A DNA stretch of 63,950 bases, filler included, from Gonapodya sp. JEL0774 (GCA_027604505.1; 4 parts of 4 records of this genome joined end to end with filler, not necessarily neighbours in it), one strand, 5' to 3'. Numbered from the whole stretch's first letter, positions 40,675 through 53,472 are shown. Notes: a model not told the origin generated them from the letters alone. Program-made: numbers and translations.

Positions 40675-43600
40675 TTAAATATTCAATTTCGCCATTGCCT
40701 CATCCATTTCCTTTTGAAGCGTATCAAGCTTCTCTTGCGCTTCAACAAGAATGAGATTTCTGGGAGGTGACACGTAGAAAGGAGAAATGATAAACTTTGC
40801 ATGTCTTGAAACATGCACAATCTGAGAAGTCACTCACTCATGAGCCAAGGCCGCCTTTATTCTTGCTTCCTGTACCGACCCCAGTTCCCCGTTGCCCTTA
40901 TTGCGACCCCCATCCCTGCTTTCCGAGGGATCAGGAACTGCAACAGACATTTCAGTATTAACGGAACGGCGCGGAGCCTGTTGGCGTTCCAAATCTTGCT
41001 TGAGTATCTCGTACTGCCTGACAAGCTGTCCGAGATCGAAGACCAATGCATCAATGCAAGTCACTCAAGTACGGTAGCACGTATACTAAATGAAGCTCTC
41101 ACTTTTCTTGTTTGTGCACCCATCCACTCCGCCTTTTGCCCTGCCACCTCCATCTCACTCTCCCACTCAGCCATCTCCTGACCCCCGGCACCAGCTTTCC
41201 TCACCGCATGCCACATGCTCGAAAGCACCCTGTCTGCTCTGGCACGAAGTTCGATCTGCCTCTTAGTGATGCTGGCAAGATTGTTGGTGATCCGAGATGT
41301 TGTAGGTAAAATTTCAGAAGTGAGGGTTGCCGTAACGGCGGAGATGGTGTTGGTTTGTTGGTCGAGCTCCCTGTCAATGAGCATCAGCCTGAGAGTAATA
41401 CAACAAAAATTGATGGGAATTATTCCTGACGGATTCGCACATGAGAAGCCTTTCCAGTCTCACCTCCCCTCTGTTACGATCCCATCCTCTTGAATCCGCC
41501 CCGCATCGGTCCTCACCATGTTCACTACCGCACCTATACCCTTTACCATCTCCTCGTCTGATCGTTCCGGGCGACCGGCTTTTACCGGTCTCGGCCTATC
41601 GACATTTTCCCGAAGGTGTCTGGGCATATGGAAACGTTCCACATCTTCAAGGAGAGATCGGTAGGCATCAGGGTGAATGTCTGTGGATGCTGTCGCCATC
41701 AAAGGGACAACTGAGTCACTTCCCGCAACACCTGCAATCAATGCCTGTTCCGCATCGCCTTCCACTTCGTCCAAGCCCGAATCAGAAACCGCTGCCACAC
41801 CGCCATCTCTCGCAACCACCACCAGTCCCTTACGCACCCCCGCACCCTCAAACACACATACGCCAACTGCCCCTTTATCATCTTCCATCGTGGCGCAGGC
41901 GCGCACATCTGTCATTGAGTGAAGAGTGTTTAGGACAGATCCAGGTTCCCCACCTTGCACCACTTTATTCGCTGCAACGCGGATTGCACGGACAGCACGG
42001 GTGACGGAGATCTCAAACACTCCCGCACCCGTCGCGACCAAGAATCGAGGTGCTGTGCCCGGATGCGATTCGGGGACGATACGGGCAACTTCGGGTCCTG
42101 CCGGTGGGACGTTCGAGGTAGACACTAAGGGGAGCAACACCGTCTCAATGACGGTCCACGTGGGTAGCGATGCCCGCGCGGCTCCACTCTCTACAACGGA
42201 GTCCCCAATGCTGTCAATTTCGTCCTTATCGTCCTCCTCCGAATCCTCAATAACAATAGCCTCCACTCCATCCTCGTCGGAAGATGACTTCGCACTAAAA
42301 GCGTGGCCGCCATTCGGTTGTCTTGTCACCGGAGTCATGGGCGAAAGTGCGACCATCTCCCTCCCATTGTCCTCATCCTCCGAATCCGAATGCAATCCCC
42401 ATCCCCTCCTTTTCTTTTTGCGCGGCGGCAGCGCGATACGGCGGACATCTTGCTGCAGTTGTATTTGGTTCTGTTGTTGGTGCTGCTGCTGCCACCCTCC
42501 TGAACTGGGCCGACCTTCCTGTCTACTTGCGCTCCACCCAGCCTTCATCGGCGTTTCCCTCATTTCTTTTCCACCCTTGACTGGCGTGAATACCATCACA
42601 TCCCTCTCTCTCCTTAGGTTCACCTGGCCAACCTTCCCCCTGACACCTTCTCCGACACCTCCTCCAGCACCCTTTACCTCGTTCGGCCAACCTCCACTGA
42701 CGTTGCCACCCACGATAACTTCCACAGCGCCTGATTCATAGCACAATGCGAGAATGATGATACCAGGGAGGGACGCCACGAGGGAGACGGACGAGACGGG
42801 GGACGCGGTGGGTTCGGATCGCACAATGGTGATGGGTCCCTGTGTCGCGGGTTTGGGGAGTCTGATGAGCGAGACCAATTGCGGCGTGTCGCTCGCGCGG
42901 GATCGGTTTTCCGCCTGTGAGGATCCCAGTATCAAGCTGGTTGCTCCTCCTCCATCGTCTGCTTCCGCTCCTCCTGTCGCCGAAAACACCTCGCCACCAC
43001 CCGCAATCACGCTTTCCAGAAACTCCAGTGACACATCCGCGTCCGATCGTCCGATTACCGCACTTGTCTTGCTTGCCCTTTGTTGTGCAAATTTCCCCTT
43101 TCCTTTGGGCGTCATGTCGGGCCGAGTTGGCGAAGGGGGAGCAGGATGGGACGATGCCAATGAAGGAACATCGGGGTTGTACGATGCAGGGGCCGCCGAC
43201 GGGGGGAGGGCGAGCGTGCGGCGGAGGAGGTGGACAAGGCTTGGAGGGATGAGGCTTTATAGACGTTGAGAGGGGGTGGTTGACGAAAGGGGTGGGTGTT
43301 ATCGAGGAGCAGCGAGAGCAATGGGCGAATGGAGCAACAGGGAAACAAGTATGAAGAGCGGTGATCTGCACCTCAAGGGGTTCCCGCTTTCACTACACTC
43401 AGATGACAGCCAACTCACCTCTTCCCCACAATCACTGGACACAGCGCCCACACGTTCCCCTCACGAGTCACGCAATACACGGTGAGCGCCCCCCACCCAT
43501 CGCCCGGCTTGATACCCCTGGACGGCGCCGGAGGTGGCGCGGGGTTGTCAGAACTGGGGGTGCTAGGGGACGCGGAAAATGATGATGGGCGGTCATCAAA

Positions 43601-45123
43601 TCCGAAACAGAATGCGGCGGGCAAGCCAGGGTTGGGAATGGCGGTTGAGGAGAAGGAAGAGGCTGTAGATGTAGCTCGCTTTGAACGAGCAGGGAGGAGT
43701 GCTGGGTTGGGTACAAGCTGGTGAGTTTGTTCGGGAAGGTCTGCAGAGTGGGAGAGGTCATAGATACTTTGGTGTGTTGAAGGAGGGCGGTTTTGAGTTC
43801 GGGGGACGAGTGAGTTAGGTGGGGTGGAAAGTGTCAAAGATTGTAAGCGGAGCAGAGGCAGAGAAAGTAGCGAGTAGGTGCAATAGAAACCACAAAATGT
43901 GATAATGATTGGCATGTGAGCGATCTCATCCAATTCCGTTTGACGCTGCTGATACCGAGAAAACTTGGTTGCCCCAAATACCCCTCCAAACCAAATGCTC
44001 CTCGCCTTTAAACCACCACCTGTGTCACAATTCATTTACTGGACCCATACCACATTTCAAAGTTGTCCATTCAAGTACTCACAGACCCAACTCATAATGT
44101 ACAGTCAAACTCTCCCCACAGTTTCATCGACGTGGGTTTGCTGGTACTCGCGACTCACCGGAAGACGCCATCGGCTGTTAAAACACACACAGCAGTGCCA
44201 CCCTGAGCGGCGGGGTGCCAGGATGCTTGGACAATGGGACATGAAGGGTCTGTCGAAAGGTCGAAAGTGCCAATGGGCAGTGAGCGGCAAAGAATCGAGC
44301 GGGGAGTATAAGAGGTGGATGGAGTCGATGTGGCGGACGAGGTGGAGGTAGAGAAGGAGGAAGGGAGGAGAGACGAAGAGCGAGGGAGAACGATGACGCG
44401 GAGAGCGGTGGGGGAGGCGGCGAGGAGCAAGCGGCCCGTTGGGTTTACAGAGAGAAATGTTGGGTCAAAGTCGAGTTCGGGATTGTCGGAGTGAGGTGTG
44501 GACAAGGCGGAGGTGGTCGCAGGTTTGCGGGAGTGTTTCGAAGGGGACGGGTGGGAGGTGTCGGTGGGGGAGAGAATGACGTGAGGAGCAGACGCCGCGA
44601 TACGTGCAAGCGATGCATGTGAGATAACAGAAGGATGTGGAGAGGAGGCTAAGGATGTGTCTGGAGGTGGGAGAGGGAGCGAGTGAAGCAGCTGCAGGTT
44701 GAGGGCCCGGAGAGAGCGAGTGCCCGGGACGCAAAAGAAGAGATCCGAGCCGCGAGCAGCGAGCGTGGAGTGTTGGTGGGAGAGAACGTTCGTGTGTGCG
44801 TGAGTGTCGTGTCTGTGCTGAGATTGCTGTGTGCGCGGTATCTGGCGCTTCTCTGCATCCACCTCGAACATCGGATGCACAGAAACCAGATCCAACCACG
44901 TCGGTGCCGCCACTCCAGCCCACTCCCCCGTGCCCGTTGACCCCTCAGGCTGCTTGCCATCAACCCCGCTCGCACCGCTGCTGCCGCCCTCTCGTCCCTC
45001 CTGTCTCTGCTCTGAAGTAAGCATCCCCTGGTGCCGAGCGGCATCTCCACTCCCTACTCCGAATCCAACAGCCTTCCCACCAAACAGTGTCCCCGACTTG
45101 GCTCCTCCAGGTGCCCCGAACAT
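40675..45123 (-). CDS. Nucleoporin Nup82/Nup88-like (beta-propeller + C-terminal coiled coil), multi-exon
   Basis: ARGSDLF, LSVNPTGRLL, QASWHP..VCVLTADGVFR|..YDL, FCFG..GWGALTVY..GNVWALCP, then a heptad-rich C-terminus. Confidence 0.8.
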
Positions 45124-45744
45124 TTTCCGTGCCTGTAACAACTCGATTCAGCCCGTCTTTTCAATTGATGAGCGTCCAAGTGTCCTTTTTGGATTTCACT
45201 CGGTTTGTGAGTTGTGGAATGAAATTTAGACTCGAAGGCAGTCTGCTCTTGGATTTTGTGAAGACAGAATCACACTGTCTGTGTGGGACCGACCAAAGCA
45301 CCTGGACATAGCACGTTGAGACTCAAGTTCATCAATAATTCCAGCGTCCTAGCTATTGACCTATTTGGCACCAGTCTCACTTAATCGGAACGTCGCGTGT
45401 ACTTGTGCAGAAATTGAATGAGAAGGACACGGCATGTACAATGGTTGGGGGTACGGATTTCGTTGTGCTTCCTCTCAGCGCTTGGTGCACGGGACGACAG
45501 TTGAGGAGGTAAATCAAACCGGGAATTCACAGGGCGCATGACAATTTCGAAATGGTGCAGTTCGTTGAAAGAGGACTCACAAACTCATGCTTTTCTCAAT
45601 ACAATTACAAGCACGAATGAGCTCACTGACAACAATCGCATTCTGTAATGTGTGCCGCAGTCGAGAACTGCTCTCCAGTTTCGGACTAATTACCATCCCA
45701 GTCCAATTGATACATCCATCTGACACGAGTCTCTCCTTCTCCGC

Positions 45745-47088
45745 TTATTCTAAAGACTCCTCAATCATACAGTCCTTTCCCCTCTCCATACACACGGCCC
45801 TCAAGGTAACCCCGATCGCGTCATACTTGTATGTCTTAGGAAAACAGAAGACGAATCGTTTTGCTGGTACCGTTTCGACGAGCGAGGACCACCCCGTGCG
45901 GAACACGATTGTGGGATGGACCAGGGACCTCTCCACTTTGACGTGGAACACGACAAGGTTGGGATAAGAGCGGGCAAGGGCGGATGAGATTCGCTTGAAA
46001 TCTCTGGCCATGGCGTTGGATCGAAAGTCCCACAAATCGCCGATGAAACGAAGGGAGAGTGTAGTGATCCCTTCCATGACTGGGCTTTCGGTCAAAACGT
46101 CCAGCAATCCTGGAATGATGTTCAATGTGCCCATCGACGTGAGATGACAAAGCGCTTTCGAGATATGCATGAGCGCTCGCTCTCCAATTTTGTAGCTTGC
46201 TTGAGGATTATCTGACTTGTTGGGGTAGTTGACTAGGTTGAAGTTCACGATCCCCTCGCGATACGAAGGTGGCAGGCAGTCGCACAGTTGCGCGTAGAAA
46301 TCTGACGACACATAGGCTCGGAGTTCCAAGGAGCGGATGTTCGGGAAAATGATGTGGAGGTGTTCGACCACGGTTGGCGGAAGAAGCTGGTGTTGTGTGC
46401 GATGGTCCTGGATGGTAAGGCTCGTAACGGAGTCCATCGTTCCAACTTGCAAGGCTCTCCACAACGCTACAAACTTCCACGAGACCGCTAATCTTGTCGG
46501 CCGGGCTGTTATTTGCAGGTAGCTGGTGAAAGCGAGAAAATCTTCTGTCTCCCAATCCTGGTGGAAATCGGTGACGCACTCGACAATCGCCCGGACGTTC
46601 GGCCGCTCAAGTTTTTTTGGTTGGGTCGGGTGTAAGATCCAATTCTGCTTGATTTGGTCGCTCACAAAATCCCCGTCCAGAGGAGTATGCACAGGTGCGA
46701 AGCCTGCTGCAAAATCATCTACGCCTATCGTAGTAGAGTACATCATGTCACGCGTCATTTGAAACGTGAACTCTGCGGCGACCCAGGCATATTTTTCCGA
46801 GTCACGGCCAAACTTTCGAACCGGAACGAACTTCTTCAATAGACCCACTCGCCTCGGGAACGGGTTCCACCGAGATCGTGTTATCGAGAGAAAATTGATC
46901 GCAACGAGGATGGGCAGTCGGCCCTGGGGATCGAGAAGAGTCCGGGCTACCCCCCGCCATCGGCGGCTAGTGAGTTGGACTGAGATGTAAAACGTACGTG
47001 GACAGCCCGCGAGGAAAATTGCTCGCAGGAGCTCGTCGGGAAGATCGTTGATGGTCGGCGAGGGAACTTCGATGGCTGATCCAAGCAT
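45745..47088 (-). CDS. F-box protein with a degenerate LRR-like C-terminus, intronless
   Basis: N-terminal INDLPDELLRAIF..VQLTSRRWRGVA F-box signature; FPNIRSLEL and YPNL repeats. Confidence 0.8.
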   Translation of the reverse strand: MLGSAIEVPSPTINDLPDELLRAIFLAGCPRTFYISVQLTSRRWRGVARTLLDPQGRLPILVAINFLSITRSRWNPFPRRVGLLKKFVPVRKFGRDSEKYAWVAAEFTFQMTRDMMYSTTIGVDDFAAGFAPVHTPLDGDFVSDQIKQNWILHPTQPKKLERPNVRAIVECVTDFHQDWETEDFLAFTSYLQITARPTRLAVSWKFVALWRALQVGTMDSVTSLTIQDHRTQHQLLPPTVVEHLHIIFPNIRSLELRAYVSSDFYAQLCDCLPPSYREGIVNFNLVNYPNKSDNPQASYKIGERALMHISKALCHLTSMGTLNIIPGLLDVLTESPVMEGITTLSLRFIGDLWDFRSNAMARDFKRISSALARSYPNLVVFHVKVERSLVHPTIVFRTGWSSLVETVPAKRFVFCFPKTYKYDAIGVTLRAVCMERGKDCMIEESLE

Positions 47089-47631
47089 AAGCTGTGGGAA
47101 CTCATAATATCAATCACAATGAACGAAACCGAGCTAGTAGAGGTTTCACACAGACTCACTAGCTCACGCAGTTCTTAAAGTGGCATTATCGTATCGGGCG
47201 TTTGTGTCAGAGAACGGCTTTCCGTTTTCTGCATGAGTTTCTCACTCGCAAAAGTTTGGTCGGGTTAATGGTCCAAGGCTGTGGCCAGCCCGCAAGCCCG
47301 CATTCGGCAGATCTGCGGCTGTGTTTCAATCCCACAATCCCCCATAGAGACATCCTTCACTGGCGGTCACGGATTGTATCTGGCGTCTCTGTCCTCCATG
47401 ACTCTTCTCCCTTTCCAAACTGAAGCGAAGACAACCCGCATCAGAATTTTCGTTCAAGCAGCTCGAATCTTCTCCGGCATTGATGAGACACAGCGCCAAA
47501 AACATTCGATTCTGGCAAGGAAGGCAATCACACTGGCCAATTACACTACTGGTTTCAATTGTTTTTCTTCTTGGCTTATCACAACAGACATACAACACAC
47601 CGTCGCTTCGGTCGTACATCGCGCGTCATTA

Positions 47632-48315
47632 GGGCGTGTACGGCACCTGTAATTTTAAAAAGTAGTTATTTGTGAATTATTCGTTATTGGGGGTGCGTGT
47701 ATGAGTTCCTCGAAAAAAACTAGTTTTTGGTCCAGCAAGTGCCGAACACGCCGCCCATAATCCTTCGAGAAACCCCGCGTCTCCCACATCGCAGATTGGC
47801 ATCATGGCGGAAAAAACGGACGTGGAATCAAACGATCAGGTGGAAAGCAGGACTCGGATGGTCGCGGCAACTGGTGCGGCCTTTGTCGTGGTCATCGCCG
47901 CTGCTGCCTCTTTTTTGGTTCCCCATCCTCGCCAAGTCCCGCGCCCGATGACCAATAGTGCGCTTCAGGGCGAGGCCTGGACTCAGGAAATTCTGCGTGG
48001 CCATGATGAGATGGTCCTGGACAATCTGAGAATGCCGCGAACAGTCTTCCTCGACCTATGCCGGGAGATTCGCTTGCGACGGGAACTGATTGACACAGCG
48101 GAGGTCAGCGTAGAACAGCAGATGGCGATGCTGATGATGTATCTGGGACAAGGAGTGTCTATGCGGGCTATACGGACTCGCTTTCAGCACTCCCTGTCCA
48201 CTGTAACAGCTTATGTCCGAGCTGCTCAAGCAGCTGTCGCTTCTCTTGCCCCGGACTATATTGTACTACCTACGGCAAACACTGTGCAGTCAGAAAGGAT
48301 CACAGGGAACCCTCG
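47632..48315 (+). mobile_element. PIF/Harbinger DNA transposon, left end, with transposase N-terminus (ORF from 47804), cut by the spacer
   Basis: TTA followed by GGGCGTGTACGGCAC (PIF-type terminus). ORF reads LRMPRTVFLDLC..VSVEQQMAMLMMYLGQ..RFQHSLSTV, typical of the PIF/HARBI1 transposase HTH region. Confidence 0.82.
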
Positions 48316-48415
48316 NNNNNNNNNNNNNNNNNNNNNNNNNNNNNNNNNNNNNNNNNNNNTTAATTAATTAANNNNNNNNNNNNNNNNNNNNNNNNNNNNN
48401 NNNNNNNNNNNNNNN
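48316..48415. other. Artificial contig spacer
   Basis: Ns + TTAATTAATTAA. Confidence 0.97.
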
Positions 48416-48821
48416 TGTTCAGATTCACTATGTGAATCTGAATTTGTATGAGAATAGTTTTCTAGTATCGTATATTATTAAGGGTGCTTACACCCCAATT
48501 TACATTATACTAGCGTCAGCTAGGGTACAACTAAGGGAGGATATCGTAATACAAATCCAGTGCCATGACCTGGCTACCCCTTGTAAGACAACTCCTTCAA
48601 TAAGTATTTGTATAACCCTTCTTATTGTGATACAATTTACCTTAAAGGGTAAATTGTTACACAATGAGGACCCTCTCCCTCTAAAAGAGGGATCTATGAA
48701 AAGAAGGTACTTTGACACCACAATAGGTGGGTTACCCTATGGGGATAGACCAGAGGCACCACAAAGGAGGGTAAACCCATCTATTGTACCACAATAAGGT
48801 CCTCCCCTATATATTTATATT

Positions 48822-50800
48822 GTTACCCACCTATAATTGGAACCAGGTCGTGGTGTAAACCACGACCTGGATAAAGTATAGTTATGGTGTTTGTACCATT
48901 ACCCTCCTATTTATCCTTATCTTGGTCTATTGTATAGACCAAGATAAGGATTGTAATGAATTAAAGAAAAAGTTATCTATGGATATCCTTTCTAACTTGT
49001 TCTGGAAATTCATATGCCATAGAACCTCGTTAGAAAGGAACCTCCTCCCATAGGTGAATAGACCCGAGTCACCATTGTATTACGATAAGTGGGAGGGGGG
49101 GGGTCCTTCTATTGTTATACAAATTATCCAAACCTAATCCTGTTGTTATGGTGGTACCCTGTAGAATATACTTACCCCACCCCCTATGGTGATACCCCGA
49201 CAGGATTATTTGTATTATAAGAACAAATACTTTTGAAGTATAATAAGGAGGGTAAACCCTTCTTTGTATGAGAACGATAAATTGATACCACAATATAGGT
49301 CCCCTCCTTTTTCTCATACCCATCTATTGTGGTGTAGCTGTTTGTGACCCAGGCACTCGATTTGTAATACGACCACAAAAAGGAGGGTTAAAGAGTTGTC
49401 TATTAAAACACCTCATTGTAACCCCTCTCCCACTGATTGTAATACAAACCCAGATCTACTACGTAGATCTGGATTTGTATTACAATACTTATTAGAGGTA
49501 CCCACCCATTGTTACCATAGATCACAATAAGTGGGTTTATAATAAATCCTAGCTATAAAACCACAAATTATCATACAAATAATCCTGTTGTGATTCTTCC
49601 TCCCCCTAATCCTCCTATGGAGTAAAGGGTATTAGTTATTCTTAGATATCTTAGTCTTAATTGATGATTATGGTTGGTAAATTAATTGGTGCTGGTATTT
49701 CTGCCATTGCTTTAGGTGGTGCTGCTATGGGTATTGGTAACGTCTTCTCTGCCCTTATTGGTGGTATTTCTCGTAACCCTTCTTTACGTGCCGAACTTTT
49801 CCAAATGGCCATTTTAGGTTTCGCTTTAGTCGAAGCTATGGGTCTTTTTGCCCTTATGATGGCTCTTATTATTCTTTACGCTTTCTAATTTATTTATCTC
49901 ATTTTAAAAATTACTACCTCCTAAAATAACTCTTCCTTTAGATATCTATGCGAAACTATTCTCATACAACCTGATGAAAAGAAGGAACTTTGAAATAGGT
50001 GGGTATGAAAACAAGGAGTGGAGGGTTAACCTGCCTTTATTGTGAAATCATAATAAGTGGGTTTACCCTCCTTTGTGATGCCCCTGGTCTTATGATAAAA
50101 AGGGGTGGGGTTAGATTGGAAGACAACTCCTTCAATCATCGAAGATTTATCGAAGAGAGAGCTCTGAGATAAATAGCCCTATTGTGATACAAATTATCCA
50201 AACCTAATCCTGTTATGGTATCACCATAGGGGGTAGGATAATAGATAGATAGTGGTACAAGTACTTCTCATTGAGGTACCACAATGAAGACCCTCCCCTA
50301 GATATCTTGGGAAGATATATTTATAGTGGGTAGATAGTGGAATCCTCAGACAATTCTCATACAAATAAGTGGTGGGGAGTTAGAGTTAGTATAGATCCCC
50401 CTTAGGGGGAGGGTCCTCATTGTGATACCACAATAAGGAGCACTATACTCCTTAGACAACTCTAACCCCCCTCCCATTTGTATGAGAACAGGATTATTTG
50501 TATTACGATTAAAGGAGTTGTCTAAGGTCCCTCCCCCTCCAAATCTACTATGTAGATTTGGACAAAGGTGAGTTACCCACCTATAATTGGAACCAGGTCG
50601 TGGTGTAAACCACGACCTGGATAAAGAGTAGTTATGGTGTTTGTACCATTACCCTCCCATTTATCCTTATCTTGGTCTATTGTATAGGCCAAGATAAGGA
50701 TTGTAATGAATTAAAGAACAAGTTATCTATGGATATCCTTTCTAACTTGTTCTGGAAATTCATATGCCATAGAACCTCGTTAGAAAGGAACCCCCTCCCA
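48822..50800. repeat. Near-identical direct repeat of about 229 bp (48822-49050 and 50572-50800) flanking atp9; partial third copy about 61153-61251
   Basis: Direct comparison; contains hairpins CCAGGTCGTGGT-GTAA-ACCACGACCTGG and TCCTTATCTTGGTCTAT..ATAG[A/G]CCAAGATAAGGA. Confidence 0.9.
49664..49888 (+). CDS. atp9: ATP synthase F0 subunit c
   Basis: [34 protein letters not shown]. Confidence 0.98.
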   Translation: MIMVGKLIGAGISAIALGGAAMGIGNVFSALIGGISRNPSLRAELFQMAILGFALVEAMGLFALMMALIILYAF

Positions 50801-50877
50801 CTATCCTACCCCCTATGGTGATACCCTAACATGATTTGTATGAGAATAAGTATAGGAAATGTCTTCTATTTTATAAG

Positions 50878-51432
50878 ATGAATAATTATTTCCTTTATGA
50901 AACTTTTTTAGTTCTTATTGGCTTATGTGGTGTCTTAGTTATTGTTAGTAAATCTCCTATTAACTCTGTCCTTTTTTTATGTGGTCTTTATCTTGCGGGT
51001 GGTGGTATTTTTCTTTTATTAGACCATTACTTTTTAGGCTTAACTCTTATTATTGTTTATGTTGGTGCCATTGCTATTTTATTTCTCTTCACCATTTTTA
51101 TGATCAATGTTCGCCTTACTTTACAATTAGGCAGTTTTGCCTCTCCTATTGCTGCTATTCTTTTATTAGCTAGTTTTGCTTTTTATTTTCTTTTCCTTGC
51201 TGGTCCTATTGAACTTGAACCTGTGGTTCAAGGCGCTATTAATCCTGCTTGGGAAAACAATCTTCGTTTTATTTACTCTTCTGATTGGTCTAATCTCTTA
51301 GGTCGCCCTTCTGATTTAACTATGTTAGCAAATATGATTTTTAATGCTTATCCTTTAGCTCTTATTTTAGTTGGTTTTTTACTTCTCGGAATTATGGTTG
51401 CTATTATTAAAATTCATCTTGATACTCATTAA
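50878..51432 (+). CDS. nad6: NADH dehydrogenase subunit 6
   Basis: SKSPINSVLFL..FLGLTLIIVYVGAIAILFLF signature. Confidence 0.95.
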   Translation: MNNYFLYETFLVLIGLCGVLVIVSKSPINSVLFLCGLYLAGGGIFLLLDHYFLGLTLIIVYVGAIAILFLFTIFMINVRLTLQLGSFASPIAAILLLASFAFYFLFLAGPIELEPVVQGAINPAWENNLRFIYSSDWSNLLGRPSDLTMLANMIFNAYPLALILVGFLLLGIMVAIIKIHLDTH

Positions 51433-52206
51433 TTTACCTATATACCTACCCACAACAGATAAATTATCCCATAGTTGTGGGTGGAGTTAGGGTTGGTATA
51501 TCGTAATACGAATTAGATCGAAGAAGGGGGGTATCTCATTGTGGTATAGGTGGGTAACAATATTATTCTAGGGGAGGGTCCTCATACCACTACTACCCCA
51601 TTGTTGTACCCTGACTTTCTTATACAAATCCAAATTTTATTATGGTGGGAGGGGGGTTAGGGTTGGTATTGTGATACCTCAATGAGGAGTACTTGTACCA
51701 CCATAACAACAGGATTATTTCTATTACAACAGTTACATCACAATAGGTGGGTTATACCCCTATGTTGTTACTCCTTATTGTGGTATCAATCGTAATATCA
51801 TACAAATTCAGATCTAATCCTGTTGTGATAAATCACAACAGGATTAGAATAGTGGGTAAATAGTGGTACAAATACCATTACTTACCCACCATAATTATAC
51901 AAAGAATGTACACATTCTTTGTATAATCTGAACAATGGCATAATATGGTTAAGTACCACTATGACCCACTTGTCTTTCTCCTGTGGTAGTTATACCACAG
52001 GAGAAAGATTTGTATGAGAACTAGTGGGTAATTATGTATTATACCACTATTTACCCTTGGGATTATTTGTATTACGATACGATTGATACCACAATAAGGT
52101 CCCTTCCCCTAAGGGGGAGGAGTACCAACTATTACCCCCTCTCCCATATGGGAATAGACCAGGTCACAATAAGATATAGATATCTAGAGAGACATCATTT
52201 GCATCA

Positions 52207-52278
52207 CTAGGAATAGTGTAATTGGTAGCACGAGAGTTTTGGGTACTTTTAGCCTGGGTTCGACTCCCGGTTCCCTGA
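52207..52278 (+). tRNA. trnP: tRNA-Pro (UGG) with acceptor-stem mismatches at pairs 2:71 and 3:70
   Basis: Cloverleaf: D stem GTGT/GCAC, anticodon stem AGAGT/ACTTT with loop TT-TGG-GT, T arm CTGGG-TTCGACT-CCCGG, 3' TTCCCTG-A. Confidence 0.92.
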
Positions 52279-52287
52279 AATTGTTTA

Positions 52288-52335
52288 GTAATACAAATCC
52301 AAATCAATGGTACCATTGATTTGGATTTGTATTAC
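52288..52335. repeat. 48-bp perfect palindrome centred on GGTACC; representative of the mitochondrial hairpin family (others about 53830, 57325, 60466, 62486, 63794)
   Basis: GTAATACAAATCCAAATCAATGGT|ACCATTGATTTGGATTTGTATTAC is self-complementary. Confidence 0.92.
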
Positions 52336-53325
52336 GACAAGTGGGAGGGAAGTAAGGGTTGGTGACCCTCCCCCCTTAGGGGGATCTACACCAACTCTAA
52401 CCCCCACCCTTTATTATCATACAAATTGGATCAAAGAACTCACTCGTTAGAGAGACATTATTTGTATGAGAATAGTAATGCAAATGATGCCCCTAGATAT
52501 CTACGGTGTATTGTGACGAGGTTTATCCACATAGAGGATATGAATTTGTATGACGACGGGGTGTAACCCCCTATTGTACAAAATAATAAATTATGTTATA
52601 CAATAGACCTGTTAACTCATTAGATATCTATTTTTACATATAATTTGTATCACAAGTATATATCATAATACAAATTATATAAATCCAGATCTAATCCTGT
52701 TGTTATGGTGGCACCCTGATTTCATACTCTAACGAGTGTAAAGAAGGTAATGGATCTTAGAACAAGTGAGTATGATTCCCAGTACTCTCTCGTTCTTCGA
52801 TCCAGTATCACCATAGGGGGTAGTTCTCATACAAATCCAGATCTAATCCTGTTGTGATAAATCACAACAGGATTAGGATAGTGGGTAATAGTGGTACAAA
52901 TACCATTATTTACCCACCATAATTATACAAAGAATGTATACATTCTTTGTATAATCTGGACAAGGGTATAATATACCCATGGATAAGGATTTGTATGAGA
53001 AAAGTGGATAATTATGGCATTATATCACTATTTACCCATTTGTATTACGACCCCAAGTTTATTGTTTTACACAGGATAAGAATAAGTGGGAAGGTATGGT
53101 TATAGTGGGTAGATAGTGGTAAAAATACTCCTCAGACAACATCTATACCAACCTTAACCCCCCTCCTACTTGTCCTGTTGTGACTTATCACAACAGTAGG
53201 GTAGGGCAACTGTGGGTAATTTATCCTTAAGAGGGCATTGAATTAGAAAGGACCCACCCATTTGTCTTTCTTCAATTGTAAGGGTATAGAAGATAATTTA
53301 GGAAATCTAGGTTTATTTTAATCTG

Positions 53326-53472
53326 ATGCCTCAATTAATGTCTATGAACTATTTAAACCTTCTTTCTTGGTTTTCTATTTTATTTATTCTTTTTATGGTA
53401 TTTAACCAACTTATTGTTTTTCCTTACATTTTACTTACCCACCTTTCTCGTTATACTCTTTTATTCATCTAA
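53326..53472 (+). CDS. atp8: ATP synthase F0 subunit 8 (48 aa; absent from the ORF track)
   Basis: MPQLMSMNYLNLLSWFSILF..FPYILLTHLSR; diagnostic MPQL start, located upstream of atp6. Confidence 0.92.
   Translation: MPQLMSMNYLNLLSWFSILFILFMVFNQLIVFPYILLTHLSRYTLLFI

Noticed and set aside
41926..43269. Long antisense ORFs over Nup82 (and similar ones over Scc3 and NOS)
   Set aside because: Shadow frames of GC-rich, low-complexity coding sequence with no domain signal.
49971..50000. Hammerhead-like CTGATGA-AAAG..CTTT-GAAA
   Set aside because: Stems I and III and the cleavage site cannot be formed together. It is a variant of the ATGAAAAGAAGG.ACTTTGA repeat, whose other copies (about 48696, 56449) lack the core.
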